Below, one piece after another: positions 28,166 to 38,746 of a stretch of DNA of 64,000 nt (position 1 is the stretch's first letter; the number at the start of each line of letters is the position of its first letter). A model generated the notes under the pieces. That model saw only the letters and a program-made list of their open reading frames with translations, made no database searches and was not told the DNA's origin. The position numbers and the translations under genes are program-made. The stretch covers positions 2,304,001-2,368,000 of the forward strand of contig CBDCTJ010000007.1 of NCBI GenBank assembly GCA_965222115.1, in the 5' to 3' direction. This DNA is from Planctomycetota bacterium. GTDB lineage: Bacteria; Planctomycetota; PLA2; JAEUHO01.

Positions 28166-29482
28166 ATGCACGACCTGCGTACACGAGTGCCCGTTGGCAA
28201 GCTATCCGAGCACGCGGGTAGCGACAATGCCGTCATGATCGCGGGTTGGGTTCGGCTCCGACGAACGTCGGGCGCCAAACTCGCTTTTTTGGAGATTCGC
28301 GACGGCAGCGGACGCGTTCAAGTGGTCGTGAATCGCAAGGACGTTGGTGACGAAGCCATGGACGCCGTGGCGCGCGTGCCCATTGAGAGCAGTATTGTGA
28401 TTCACGGCACGGTGCACGAAGACAAGCGTCAAGTGGGCGGTGTTGAAATACACGCCACGGGGGTGCATGTACTTCACGAATCCGTGGATGACTACCCGCT
28501 GGGTAAGAAGGACCACGGAGAAGGGTTTCTCCAGGACCAGCGGCATCTGTGGTTGCGTAGCACCAAGACGGCGGCCGTGCTTCGCGTGCGTGCCGAAGTT
28601 ATCGCGGCGTGTCGCGACCATCTGGGTGACCAGGGATTCACGTGTGTGGATGCGCCCATCTTCAACTCAGCGGCCGCTGAAGGGACTGCCACCCTCTTTC
28701 CGGTTGAATACTTTGGTTCCACGGTCTACCTGTCGCAGACGGGGCAACTGCACATGGAAGCCGCGGCGCAAGCGCTGGGCAAGGTGTACTGCTTCGGTCC
28801 TACGTTCCGTGCAGAGAAGTCCAAGACACGTCGCCACTTGACCGAGTTTTGGATGCTTGAACCCGAGATCGCATTCGCGGATCTCGATGAAGACATGGAT
28901 TTGATGGAGAGCTTGATCGCCTACGTCGTAGAACGCGTGATTACCAACTGTTCCGGCGAGTTGGCAACGCTTGAGCGTGACGTGGAATCGCTCAAGCGCT
29001 GCGTGCCCCCGTTTCCCCGCATCTCGTACGACGAGGCGCTAGAACGACTCAAGGGCCACGAAGCGGAGATTCCGTGGGGCGAGGATTTTGGTGCGCCGCA
29101 GGAGACGGCGGTCTCCAAGCAGTTTGATCGACCCATTCTGGTGCATCGCTTTCCAATGAAGATCAAGGCGTTTTATATGAAGGCCGATCCCGAGCGACCC
29201 GAGGTCGTGCTTGGGTGCGACATGATTGCACCCGACGGGTATGGCGAGATCATTGGCGGCGGAGAGCGCTCGTCTGATTTGGCCTATCTCGAACACAAGA
29301 TTGCGGAGGAGGGCCTTCCCAAGGAAGCCTATGAGTGGTATCTCGACTTGCGACGCTATGGCGCGAGTCCGAGTGCGGGTTTTGGTATGGGGCTTGAGCG
29401 CGTCGTGGCTTGGCTATGCGACATTGGCCATGTTCGTAAGGCAATCCCCTTTGCGCGCACCATGGCGAGGACCCATCCCTAA
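28166..29482 (+). CDS. asnS: Asparagine--tRNA ligase
   Basis: OB-fold N-terminus, RHLWLRS, YLSQTGQL, FRAEKSKTRRHLTEFWM, WYLDLRRYG. Confidence 0.93.
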   Translation: MHDLRTRVPVGKLSEHAGSDNAVMIAGWVRLRRTSGAKLAFLEIRDGSGRVQVVVNRKDVGDEAMDAVARVPIESSIVIHGTVHEDKRQVGGVEIHATGVHVLHESVDDYPLGKKDHGEGFLQDQRHLWLRSTKTAAVLRVRAEVIAACRDHLGDQGFTCVDAPIFNSAAAEGTATLFPVEYFGSTVYLSQTGQLHMEAAAQALGKVYCFGPTFRAEKSKTRRHLTEFWMLEPEIAFADLDEDMDLMESLIAYVVERVITNCSGELATLERDVESLKRCVPPFPRISYDEALERLKGHEAEIPWGEDFGAPQETAVSKQFDRPILVHRFPMKIKAFYMKADPERPEVVLGCDMIAPDGYGEIIGGGERSSDLAYLEHKIAEEGLPKEAYEWYLDLRRYGASPSAGFGMGLERVVAWLCDIGHVRKAIPFARTMARTHP

Positions 29483-29604
29483 CTGAATTGCGCGTACCCG
29501 TCTCTCGTTGGAACCATCGGCGCGGCGGTACGTTACTCTTGGTTTGAGCTCAAGCTCGACACGACTGTGCAAACGACGCTAAAGCGTAAGGAGTCCCAGC
29601 CACG

Positions 29605-30645
29605 ATGAATCGTGATCCCAACGCCCCTGCCAGTGGTTTCGATCTGGCGTCGGCCGCCGCACAGATCGCGTCGTTGGAGGCTGCCATTGGCGCCACGGTT
29701 GTGGGTCAGGCAGGCGTGATCGGTGAGGCGGTGGCGTGTGTGTTGGCGGGCGGGCATGGGCTTTTGGAGGGACCTCCAGGACTTGCCAAGACGCTTTTGG
29801 TGCGTTCGCTTGCGAGTGCGGTCGGCCTTTCGTTTTCACGCATTCAATTCACGCCCGATCTCCTTCCCGCCGACATCACCGGCACCGACGTGCTCGTGGA
29901 GGACGGCAACAAGCGATCCTTTGAGTTTCGAGAGGGGCCGCTATTTGGCCACATCGTTCTCGCCGACGAAATCAACCGCGCAACGCCGAGAACACAAGCA
30001 GCGCTGATTGAAGCCATGGCCGAAGGCACCGTGCATTCCGGCGGCGTGCGCCATTCGTTGCCCCAGCCCTTCTCGGTGCTCGCCACCCAGAACCCCATCG
30101 AACACGAAGGGACGTTTCCTCTGCCGGAAGCGCAGCTGGACCGCTTCCTCTTGAAAGTTGTTGTGCGTACGCCACCCGAAGATGCATTGGTTGAGATCCT
30201 CTCGCGTACGAACCGTGCGACGCCCACACTGCCCGACCCTGTCATGACTCGAGAACAACTCCAGGGATTGATCGCCGCAGGACGTTCCGTGGCGTTGGCC
30301 GAACCCTTGGCACGCCACGTGTCTCGTATCGTCACCGCGACCGACGTTACCAGTCCGCGTTGCACCGACGCGGCGCGGCGCAACCTGAGGCTCGGTATCA
30401 GCCCTCGAGGAGGTGAAGCGGTATGTCGCGTGGCGCGCGTTGCAGCACTACGCGCCGGACGAGCGTACGTGTCGGCCGAAGATCTTGCCTGGGCGCTGCG
30501 ACCCGCATTGCGTCATCGCCTGTTACCCAGCTTCGATGCCGAAGCGCGCGGTTTGATCGGTGACGCACTCCTTCGCGATGTGTTACACGACGTGCCCAAA
30601 CTTCCTTCAGAAGTCGAGTCCATCCTTCAAGCCATTGCCGACTAG
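29605..30645 (+). CDS. MoxR family AAA+ ATPase
   Basis: [51 protein letters not shown]. Confidence 0.92.
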   Translation: MNRDPNAPASGFDLASAAAQIASLEAAIGATVVGQAGVIGEAVACVLAGGHGLLEGPPGLAKTLLVRSLASAVGLSFSRIQFTPDLLPADITGTDVLVEDGNKRSFEFREGPLFGHIVLADEINRATPRTQAALIEAMAEGTVHSGGVRHSLPQPFSVLATQNPIEHEGTFPLPEAQLDRFLLKVVVRTPPEDALVEILSRTNRATPTLPDPVMTREQLQGLIAAGRSVALAEPLARHVSRIVTATDVTSPRCTDAARRNLRLGISPRGGEAVCRVARVAALRAGRAYVSAEDLAWALRPALRHRLLPSFDAEARGLIGDALLRDVLHDVPKLPSEVESILQAIAD

Positions 30646-30678
30646 CTTCTAACCCGGACTATTCATGAGTGGTCCGGG

Positions 30679-33024
30679 TTAGTCCGATGACTTGGGTGTT
30701 GCGGCGTCCACGTTTTCTTGAATATTCTTTTGGGCGCGGTCACGGGCATTCGTCCAATCAGAACGCGCACGGGCATCGCCTGGGTCGGCAATCGATACCC
30801 GGCGAAATGCGCTCGCAGCTCGGGCATAAAGCTCGTGGACCTCTTTCGCGGCCTCGGCCGTGGGCGGTTTTCCTGTAGCGGCGATGCGTTTCAGTGCCAC
30901 GTTGGCCGACCAAACGAACCATTGCCCATAGGCATTTTGAACCGTTGGCTCACTCTCTTCGCCGCTTGAGAGGCGTTTCAACGCGTCGTTGGCAACGTTG
31001 AGCCGCCGCGTGGCCTCGTCGAACTCGCCGAGTGCCGCCACTGTGGGCGCGCTCAGTCCATAGGCCCGAAAGCGCAACATCAAACGCCGCCGATTCGTGG
31101 ATGTGCGATCCGGATCCAGGGCATCCATCGTTGCGATGGCCTCGTCGAAGTGTGCTCGTGTGCGTTTGTGGTTTCCCGAGGCAAGACTTCGTTCGGCGCG
31201 AGTCAAACACAACCACACATACAGCTCGCGCGTAGCCGCGGACGCCTGATCCGTAGGCGCCTGCTCAAATGCGGCGCGTTCGTGGTTCTCGAATGCGACC
31301 TGAAATCCTAGGCGAAACGCTAAATCGGCGGCCACCACATGGGAACGCCGACGAAGGCGCGCTATTTCCTTATCGCCCGGCCGTTCGCGAATGAGCCGAT
31401 CCCAAATTGAAATGGCAATCTGCTGGTTGTCGTAGGCGCGTTTCGTCTGACCCAGATTGGGTACACCGACACGCCCTTGCATCTCGGCCAAGAGCGAAAT
31501 GTGTCTTGCACGCAATGCGGCAAGCTTCGGCTCCTTGCGTCCGTATTCATCAAGTCCAACGAGCCCTTCTTGCACCATGGCGGCCAAACGCTTGCGAACG
31601 TCCAACGTGCCTGGCACATGGCCCAAGTTCTCAACAATGTCGCCGAGCAACGTTCCTAAAAAGTTCTCCGATCCTATAAGGATCTTACGCAGCTTTCCTG
31701 TGGCGCGCTCCGCTGCCACGCGTTGTCGATGGGATTCTTGGGCTTCTTCCTGCGCGAGCCGTTCGTTCTTCTTCGCTTCTAGCGCAGACGCACGCGCAAC
31801 GCCCTCTTGATGCGATGCTTCGCGTGCCCACATAAGACTTGCGGCCGTTCCCGCAATCAAGGCCACCACGGCGAGCGCACCGGCAACGACGACACCCGTG
31901 TGGCGCTTCGCTATCATCTTGGCGCGGTACGCCATGCTCGGCGACCTCGCATCAATCGGTTCGGCATTGAGGTAGCGTTCAATGTCGTCGCGTAATGCAC
32001 GCGCCGAGGCGTAACGACGGTCCGGCTGCTTGGCCAATGCGGTCGTTAGAATGACGTCCAGATCCCCCCCAACAACCGGCATACGCGGCGGTTGTTCGAT
32101 CACACGTCGTGCGGCCTCGTGAATGGGCACGCCTGACACATCATGGGGCAGGCGACCGGCAAGCATTTCGTACAGCACAACGCCTAGTGAATAGACATCC
32201 GCCCGTGCATCCACATCCTCGGGTGCGCCCGACAGTTGTTCGGGACTCAGGTAGCCGGGGGTGCCTACAAGTTGACCTGTTCGCGTCAAGTACTCGGTCA
32301 TGTCGGCGACCTCGGCACCCAACGACTTTGCGATGCCAAAGTCAATCAGCTTCAGCCGGCCCTTCTTCGAGACGAGTACATTGTCGGGTTTGATGTCGCG
32401 GTGGGCAATGCCATGAAGATGACCGTGATGCACGGCATCGCACAGTTGTTGAAAAAGCCGCAACTTGCGCAGCTCGGAATCGGGCGCCGCATATCGTGTG
32501 ATGGGTTGCGCATCTTCGATGTACTCCATGACGAAATACGGGAGGCCGTCGCTCGTCGAGCCCGTCTGATAGATCTGCGCAATGGTGGGGTGCGACAACT
32601 TGGCCAGCAGTTGACTCTCGTAGAGAAAGCGCGACCTGGCCGAAGCGGTCGGCAGCGATTGCGCCATGACTTTGATCGCCACGCGCCGACCCGGTTTGAG
32701 CTGAAAGCCCTCATAGACCACGCCCATGCCGCCGCGCCCAATGCGACGATCCACACGGCATCCGTCAATGACGGTACCCAACAGCGGATCGGCGCCGTCC
32801 AGCCACGCCTGGACGTGTTTCGTCGAAGGAGGCGTTAGCTTATCGCCCGTGCGCACATCGGCTTGCAAGAGTGCATTCACTTCCTCGCGCAACTGCGGGT
32901 TGTCCTTGCACCGCTCCACAAGATAGGCTTCGCGTTCTTTACCGTGGCGGGCTCGCGCTGCCAGGAACACGTCATCAACTTCGTCGCCATCGGCGGTGGG
33001 GGACAGATCGTGGACGTGGCTCAT
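30679..33024 (-). CDS. Serine/threonine protein kinase with TM and TPR-like C-terminus
   Basis: IGRGGMGVVY, VAIK, HRDIKPDN, DFG, GTPGYLSPEQ, DVYSLGV. Confidence 0.92.
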   Translation of the reverse strand: MSHVHDLSPTADGDEVDDVFLAARARHGKEREAYLVERCKDNPQLREEVNALLQADVRTGDKLTPPSTKHVQAWLDGADPLLGTVIDGCRVDRRIGRGGMGVVYEGFQLKPGRRVAIKVMAQSLPTASARSRFLYESQLLAKLSHPTIAQIYQTGSTSDGLPYFVMEYIEDAQPITRYAAPDSELRKLRLFQQLCDAVHHGHLHGIAHRDIKPDNVLVSKKGRLKLIDFGIAKSLGAEVADMTEYLTRTGQLVGTPGYLSPEQLSGAPEDVDARADVYSLGVVLYEMLAGRLPHDVSGVPIHEAARRVIEQPPRMPVVGGDLDVILTTALAKQPDRRYASARALRDDIERYLNAEPIDARSPSMAYRAKMIAKRHTGVVVAGALAVVALIAGTAASLMWAREASHQEGVARASALEAKKNERLAQEEAQESHRQRVAAERATGKLRKILIGSENFLGTLLGDIVENLGHVPGTLDVRKRLAAMVQEGLVGLDEYGRKEPKLAALRARHISLLAEMQGRVGVPNLGQTKRAYDNQQIAISIWDRLIRERPGDKEIARLRRRSHVVAADLAFRLGFQVAFENHERAAFEQAPTDQASAATRELYVWLCLTRAERSLASGNHKRTRAHFDEAIATMDALDPDRTSTNRRRLMLRFRAYGLSAPTVAALGEFDEATRRLNVANDALKRLSSGEESEPTVQNAYGQWFVWSANVALKRIAATGKPPTAEAAKEVHELYARAASAFRRVSIADPGDARARSDWTNARDRAQKNIQENVDAATPKSSD

Positions 33025-33566
33025 GACTCGTCGAGGATGCGTCCGAGTCGCGCGCGCGCCACCGCCCAGTCGCGATCCGCGGTTGCCTTGGAGATACCAA
33101 GTGCTTCGGCGGCCCCCTTGTTGTCGATGCCAACGAAAAATCGCAACTCGACAAGCCTGCGTTGGCGCTCGGAATGCTCGCCCAAGATGTCAAGCGCGTC
33201 GTGCAGGGCGAGCACGTCGAGGTTTTGTTCTTCAAACCAGGTGAGCGCTTCATCCAGAGGCGAAATGCTGTGTTCGCCACCACGCTTTTTCGAATTGCGC
33301 CGCCGGGCGTAGTCCACCAAGACCGATCGCATGGCACGTGCCGCGTACCCAAGAAAGTGCCCGCGACTCTTCCACGTTATTGATTGATCGGCGATTCGAA
33401 GATAGGCCTCATTCACGAGTGCCGTGGGCGTGAGCGTGCGTCCCGGTCGATTGCCAATCCGGCCTGCAATGCCTCGCAGTTCATCGGCAAGCACGGCAAT
33501 TGCCTGGTCCGCAGCTTCGTGATCGCCGTCTTGGGCTCGATTGATGAGCTCGGTTAGCTCCATCAC
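33021..33566 (-). CDS. ECF sigma factor, TIGR02999-like (kinase-associated)
   Basis: TLTPTALVNEAYLR, AMRSVLVDYAR, LVELRFF, RDWAVARA; coupled to the kinase. Confidence 0.9.
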   Translation of the reverse strand: MMELTELINRAQDGDHEAADQAIAVLADELRGIAGRIGNRPGRTLTPTALVNEAYLRIADQSITWKSRGHFLGYAARAMRSVLVDYARRRNSKKRGGEHSISPLDEALTWFEEQNLDVLALHDALDILGEHSERQRRLVELRFFVGIDNKGAAEALGISKATADRDWAVARARLGRILDES

Positions 33567-33746
33567 GTAATCGTACCGCGTGGAATGGCGATCCGCGAGG
33601 GGAAGCGAAGAAATCGCTACACGGTCAAGCGCAATCTTCGCCTAGCGGATACGCGGTGCTCACGCGACTCGCCTCATGTTCCCCAATTTCCAGTGTCAAC
33701 GATTCTCAAGTCAGCGATTCCCATGTCAACGAACTACGCCCGTTTG

Positions 33747-35087
33747 CTACTTCCTGCGCAACGTCAAGTTCATCGCATCAAGCTTGCGTCGAAGCTCATT
33801 AAGCGACGTTTGCCCAAAATTCTTGGAGGCCAACAACTCAGTTTCCGAGTGGCGGAGCAGATCGGCAATGGTGCGAATCTCAAGATTGTCCATGCATCGA
33901 CGCGCGCGAATGGATAGGTCGAGGTGTTCGATGGGGAATTCGGTGGGATCCAAACCCGGTGTGCCAGCCTCGGGCGAACCGCCGAAAATGGCATCGACGT
34001 TGGCCGCTGCGGCGCCCTGGCCCGCGTACAACGGCTGATCGTCTTCATTGGACATGCCCAAGCGAAGACCCTTCTGCGCCAGGATGTCTTTGATCTCTTG
34101 GAGCGACGTTTCGCCGAAATTCTTGTAGGCCAGCAACTCAGCCTCGGATTTGCTGACGAGATCACCCAACGTGGTGATGTTCATCTTTGAAAGACAGTTG
34201 CGGGAACGAACGGAGAGTTCGAACTCCGAAATTGGCGTACGCAAGACTTGTGCGCGGCGGTCTTCGCGGCGCTCGTGGTCCTCGTCATAGAACATATTTT
34301 GCGAAGCAAGTACGTCCTTCAATCCGATCTTTGCCCGCACGTGATTGGGGTCTGCTGCCAGGACGCGGCGATACAGCGCTTCGGCTTCGCTGTGGCGTCC
34401 CACGTCTTCATAGATCAACGCCAGATTGATCAATGGGTTGATATGAACCGGACGGAGTGAAGCACATCGACGATAGGTGTTGATGGCCGCTTCGGTCTCA
34501 CCTTCTGTGTCTTGACGAAGCGCCAAGCGAAATAGCGCAAAGCGGTGATGGGGGTCGCGCGCAATCGCCTCTTCGTACTTGGCGCGCGCGTCGCGGTAGT
34601 CGCCTTCCGACTCCAAGGCGATGCCTTCGGCGTAGAGCGCATCGGCACCATCCGGAAGTTTGGCTGCGGCACGGTGAGCCAAGTCGGCGTCTCCCGCAAG
34701 CGCAGAAGCGGTAGCCAAACGCATCAAGAACACTTGATCGTCGACTTCCGTACCCACCAGCGAACCCAGGGATGTGGAGGCCGCCGCCGGATCACATAGT
34801 TCAAGCGCAATGAGCCCGCGAAGCAACGTGGCTTGCGGTGTTTCGGCTGCGCGCTCCAAAGCGGCCTCGGCCAGGCGCGGGCGACTCAACAAGAACTCTG
34901 CGGTAGCACGACACAATGCATCCTTGCCGTCCGTCTGTTCGGACAAGTTGCCAAGGACTTGTTCTACGGCCTTGCGTTGCTCGGGCGCGTCGTGAATTTC
35001 CGCTTTGAGTGCAGCCAAGGCGCCCGTCGTGAAGTTGAGCGCACTGAGAAATGCAGGCACATCCGTGGCAGGGCTTGTGGCGGTCAT
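33747..35087 (-). CDS. TPR protein with two RNA polymerase alpha C-terminal domains
   Basis: TPR repeats followed by two [17 protein letters not shown]-type alpha-CTD repeats. Confidence 0.85.
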   Translation of the reverse strand: MTATSPATDVPAFLSALNFTTGALAALKAEIHDAPEQRKAVEQVLGNLSEQTDGKDALCRATAEFLLSRPRLAEAALERAAETPQATLLRGLIALELCDPAAASTSLGSLVGTEVDDQVFLMRLATASALAGDADLAHRAAAKLPDGADALYAEGIALESEGDYRDARAKYEEAIARDPHHRFALFRLALRQDTEGETEAAINTYRRCASLRPVHINPLINLALIYEDVGRHSEAEALYRRVLAADPNHVRAKIGLKDVLASQNMFYDEDHERREDRRAQVLRTPISEFELSVRSRNCLSKMNITTLGDLVSKSEAELLAYKNFGETSLQEIKDILAQKGLRLGMSNEDDQPLYAGQGAAAANVDAIFGGSPEAGTPGLDPTEFPIEHLDLSIRARRCMDNLEIRTIADLLRHSETELLASKNFGQTSLNELRRKLDAMNLTLRRK

Positions 35088-35308
35088 GGAGTCTCCCGAG
35101 TGGCGACGGCGAACGGAGCAGCGTACAACAAATCGAGCATCCGGAAAGTCCGCCCGGGGGTCCCATCGCGAAGAGCAGAAGGCCGCGGACTCGGTCTCTG
35201 TTGTGCCAAAGTTGGCTATCTAGCTACCCTCCGGCTTCGCGCCCTCCGACCTCAAAGAAGGGCGGCCGTGGCGGGCCTTCTTGATCAGCATGCCGGGCGG
35301 GAGAATTT

Positions 35309-36580
35309 ATGGATCACTTTGTTGTCGAGGGCGGGACGCGACTCAAGGGACGCGCCACCGTCTCGGGAGCAAAGAACGCCGCGTTGCCCCTTTTGGCGGC
35401 AACCCTACTTGCCGAGGGCACCTGTCGGCTGGAACGGGTCCCGCGCTTGCGCGACATCACCAGCATGGTGGACCTACTACGAACGTTGGGTGCCGAGATT
35501 GAGTGGATCGGCGAAAACACACTGGAGATGTGCACGCCGGGCGAAGGACCCTCCGTTGCGCCCTACGAACTGGTCAAGAAGATGCGCGCCTCGATCTGCG
35601 TGCTTGGCCCGCTCCTTGGTCGACGTGCGCAAGCGGGTGTGAGTCTTCCGGGAGGTTGCGTGATTGGGCCGCGACCCGTCGATCTCCATCTCTACGGTCT
35701 TGAGCGCCTTGGCACCACGATTCGAATTGAAGGCGGGACGATTCATGCCGATGGCCGTGCTCTTCGAGGAGCAGGCGACATCTTTCTGGGGGGCCCGTTC
35801 GGACCCACGGTGCTGGGGACGGCCAATGTGCTGTGTGCCGCAGTCAAGAGTCCCGGCGAAACCGTCATTCAAGGCGCCGCCTGTGAACCCGAAATCGCAG
35901 ATCTCGCTCGATTTCTCGTTGCGATGGGGGCGAAGATCACCGGAGTTGGAAGCCCCACCTTGCGGGTGGTGGGCGTGGACCGCCTTGTGGGGGCCACGCA
36001 CCGGGTGATCCCCGATCGCATCGAGGCCGGAACGTTGATTGCTGCCGCCGCGGCCACGCGCGGCGAGGTCACCATCGAGGGACTTGACCCATCTCATTTG
36101 ACGGCGCCGCTACTCTTGCTCGAACGGATGGGCGTGGAACTGGACCGCGTAGGCGAGCAGTCGTTGCGCGTGCGCGGCGATGGATCGTTCGCACCCACCG
36201 ATGTGGTAACCCTGCCGTATCCGGGCTTCCCCACCGATCTCCAGGCGCAGTTCATGGCAATGCTCGCTCTGGCCGAGGGCAATAGCTTTGTGACCGAGAA
36301 GATCTACCCCGAGCGATTTATCCATATTGCCGAGCTTCAGCGCATGGGCGCCCGCATTCGCAAAGAGGGGGCAACGGCCATGGTGCAGGGTGTATCGAGT
36401 CTTCACGGATGTCCGGTCATGGCGTCGGATCTGCGCGCTTCGGCGGCCTTGGTGATTGCCGGGCTCGCGGCCGAGGGCACAACAACGGTGGAACGCGTCT
36501 ATCACATCGACCGCGGCTATGAGCGCATCGAGGAAAAGCTCGCGAGTTTGGGTGCGCGCATCACGCGTCGAAACAGCTAA
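35309..36580 (+). CDS. murA: UDP-N-acetylglucosamine 1-carboxyvinyltransferase
   Basis: GAKNAALP, MRAS, LPGGCVIGPRPVDLH, PGFPTDLQAQ, HIDRGYE. Confidence 0.95.
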   Translation: MDHFVVEGGTRLKGRATVSGAKNAALPLLAATLLAEGTCRLERVPRLRDITSMVDLLRTLGAEIEWIGENTLEMCTPGEGPSVAPYELVKKMRASICVLGPLLGRRAQAGVSLPGGCVIGPRPVDLHLYGLERLGTTIRIEGGTIHADGRALRGAGDIFLGGPFGPTVLGTANVLCAAVKSPGETVIQGAACEPEIADLARFLVAMGAKITGVGSPTLRVVGVDRLVGATHRVIPDRIEAGTLIAAAAATRGEVTIEGLDPSHLTAPLLLLERMGVELDRVGEQSLRVRGDGSFAPTDVVTLPYPGFPTDLQAQFMAMLALAEGNSFVTEKIYPERFIHIAELQRMGARIRKEGATAMVQGVSSLHGCPVMASDLRASAALVIAGLAAEGTTTVERVYHIDRGYERIEEKLASLGARITRRNS

Positions 36581-36780
36581 CGCGGCCAGCTCAAAACCGC
36601 CCCGCGCGAGGCGTTGGGGTCGCTCCAATCCTTTCCGCCCGCTCAGGTGGTGGTTCAATGCTCGGCTACCCCTTGTGGATGCCGATTTCTCCAATTTCGG
36701 GAGATTTTGAGGGCTCATCTGCCCATCTGGCGCCACGGCCGACATGGGTCCCAAAGCCCTATCAAAGGACCGCTCCCGAC

Positions 36781-38184
36781 GTGTTTGACAACCTTGCCAA
36801 GCGCTTTTCCAGCATCTTTTCCGGCCTCGGGTCCGGGAAGCTGACCGAAAAGAACATCGACGAGGGCATCCGCGAGGTTCGTCAGGCCCTTTTAGAAGCC
36901 GACGTAAACCTGCAGGTCGTCAAGTCCTTTATTGACCGCGTTCGTGAGAAGGCGGTCGGCATCAAGACCATCAAGGACGTCCGCCCCGCGGACCAGTTCG
37001 TCAAGATCGTCAAAGACGAAATGGTGCAACTGCTTGGCGGCGACGAGGGCGAGGTACGCACCAAATGGTCGAGCAAGGGGCCCACTGTCATCATGATGGT
37101 CGGGCTTCAAGGAACAGGTAAGACTACTACCACTGCCAAGATTGCGCGCCATCTCAAGCGCAAGGAGATGAAGAAGCCGCTGCTCGTTGCTGCCGATGTG
37201 CAACGCCCGGCTGCCATTGAGCAGCTCAAGATTCTTGGTGAGCAACTTGAGATTCCTGTCCATGCCGAAGCAGGTGGACGACCGCCCAAGATTTGCAAGC
37301 GAGGCGTGAAGCGCGCGGCGGAACTCGGTTGTGATGTCGTGCTCCTCGATACCGCGGGTCGTCTACACATCGACGCCGAGTTGATGGATGAACTCGAAGA
37401 CATTCGCGATGCCGTAAAGCCCGAAGAAATCTGGCTCGTCGTGGATGCGATGCTCGGCCAAGACGCAGTGACAAGCGCCAGCGAGTTCAATCAACGCCTC
37501 GATGTGAGCGGCATCATTCTCACCAAGACCGATGGCGACGCGCGTGGCGGCGCGGCCTTGGCGGTACGCGAAGTTACCGGCAAGACCATTCGCTATGTCG
37601 GCACGGGCGAGAAGCTCGACAAACTGGAACGATTCGTTCCCGAGCGTATGGCTGGCCGCATTCTCGGCATGGGCGATGTCGTCGGCCTTGTCGAGCAGGC
37701 CCAAGAGGTCGTCGATCAAGCTGAAGCCCAGGCGGCCGCCGAACGTCTTGTACGAGACCGCTTCACGCTCGACGACATGATGATGCTCTACGAAAGAATC
37801 GGCAAGATGGGCAATGTCAAAGACCTCATGGCCAAGTTGCCCGGAGGCGCCGCCATGGTGGGCCAAGCGGGCGATGACATGCCCGACAACAAAGACTTCA
37901 CGCGTTACCGCGCCGTCATTCAGTCCATGACGCGCCGGGAACGCTTCGATCCAAAGATTATTCATATGCAGCGCCGGCACAGGATCGCGCGCGGGTGTGG
38001 TCAGCCCGTGGGGGCCGTCAATGAAGTGCTCAAGATGCACAAGGCCATGCGGCAGCAAATGAAGACGCTAAAAAAAAATGGCCTCGTAGGCCGCGTGGCG
38101 GCTGGGGCGATGAAACGTCAGAAGAATAAGCGCATGAAGAAACTGAAGAAAGAAGGGGCGGACTTCCGTGGCTGGTTTAAGTAA
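36781..38184 (+). CDS. ffh: Signal recognition particle protein
   Basis: ALLEADV, GLQGTGKTTT, DTAGR, TKTDGDARGGAAL, M domain; GTG start 36781. Confidence 0.95.
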   Translation: MFDNLAKRFSSIFSGLGSGKLTEKNIDEGIREVRQALLEADVNLQVVKSFIDRVREKAVGIKTIKDVRPADQFVKIVKDEMVQLLGGDEGEVRTKWSSKGPTVIMMVGLQGTGKTTTTAKIARHLKRKEMKKPLLVAADVQRPAAIEQLKILGEQLEIPVHAEAGGRPPKICKRGVKRAAELGCDVVLLDTAGRLHIDAELMDELEDIRDAVKPEEIWLVVDAMLGQDAVTSASEFNQRLDVSGIILTKTDGDARGGAALAVREVTGKTIRYVGTGEKLDKLERFVPERMAGRILGMGDVVGLVEQAQEVVDQAEAQAAAERLVRDRFTLDDMMMLYERIGKMGNVKDLMAKLPGGAAMVGQAGDDMPDNKDFTRYRAVIQSMTRRERFDPKIIHMQRRHRIARGCGQPVGAVNEVLKMHKAMRQQMKTLKKNGLVGRVAAGAMKRQKNKRMKKLKKEGADFRGWFK

Positions 38185-38317
38185 GTCGTATGCCCAATCG
38201 AGTTCATCCCATTCGCACAGCATCCAACCACATCCATTCACTTCGCTGCTACTCAAGAACGGGTGAAGCGAAGTTACACAATCATTTGGTTCATAACGAA
38301 CGAGGAAGATTTTCACC

Positions 38318-38632
38318 ATGGCTACCGTGATTCGCCTGTCCCGTCAGGGACGCCGTAACCGCCCGCATTACCGTGTAGGTGTTTTTGACCGACGCACTCG
38401 CCGCGACGGTCCCCCCATCGAGTATCTCGGACACTACGACCCCATCGCCCACGACAGCACCAAAAACGTCACGCTTGACAAAGAACGTATCGAGTATTGG
38501 TTGGGGCAGGGTGCCGATATCTCAGAGACCGTGCGCAGCTTTTTGAAGCGTTACGAGATCAAGATTCCTAAGCGCGCCCGGCGTCGCTCGGGTCGCAAGC
38601 GTCGCGTCAAAGATAAAAAGTCCACTGCGTAG
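38318..38632 (+). CDS. rpsP: 30S ribosomal protein S16
   Basis: IRLSRQGRRNRPHYR, RRDG..IEYLGHYDP, YWLGQGA; follows ffh. Confidence 0.95.
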   Translation: MATVIRLSRQGRRNRPHYRVGVFDRRTRRDGPPIEYLGHYDPIAHDSTKNVTLDKERIEYWLGQGADISETVRSFLKRYEIKIPKRARRRSGRKRRVKDKKSTA

Positions 38633-38746
38633 GCACGCCGTGAGGCTCATGGCGACGCGCCACGAGTACGCCCTGACGCGCCCAAGCCTGCACTTGACGA
38701 CGTAACTGCGAAGCGGAATCTCCGACACCGAAAAGGACCCCGGTCT

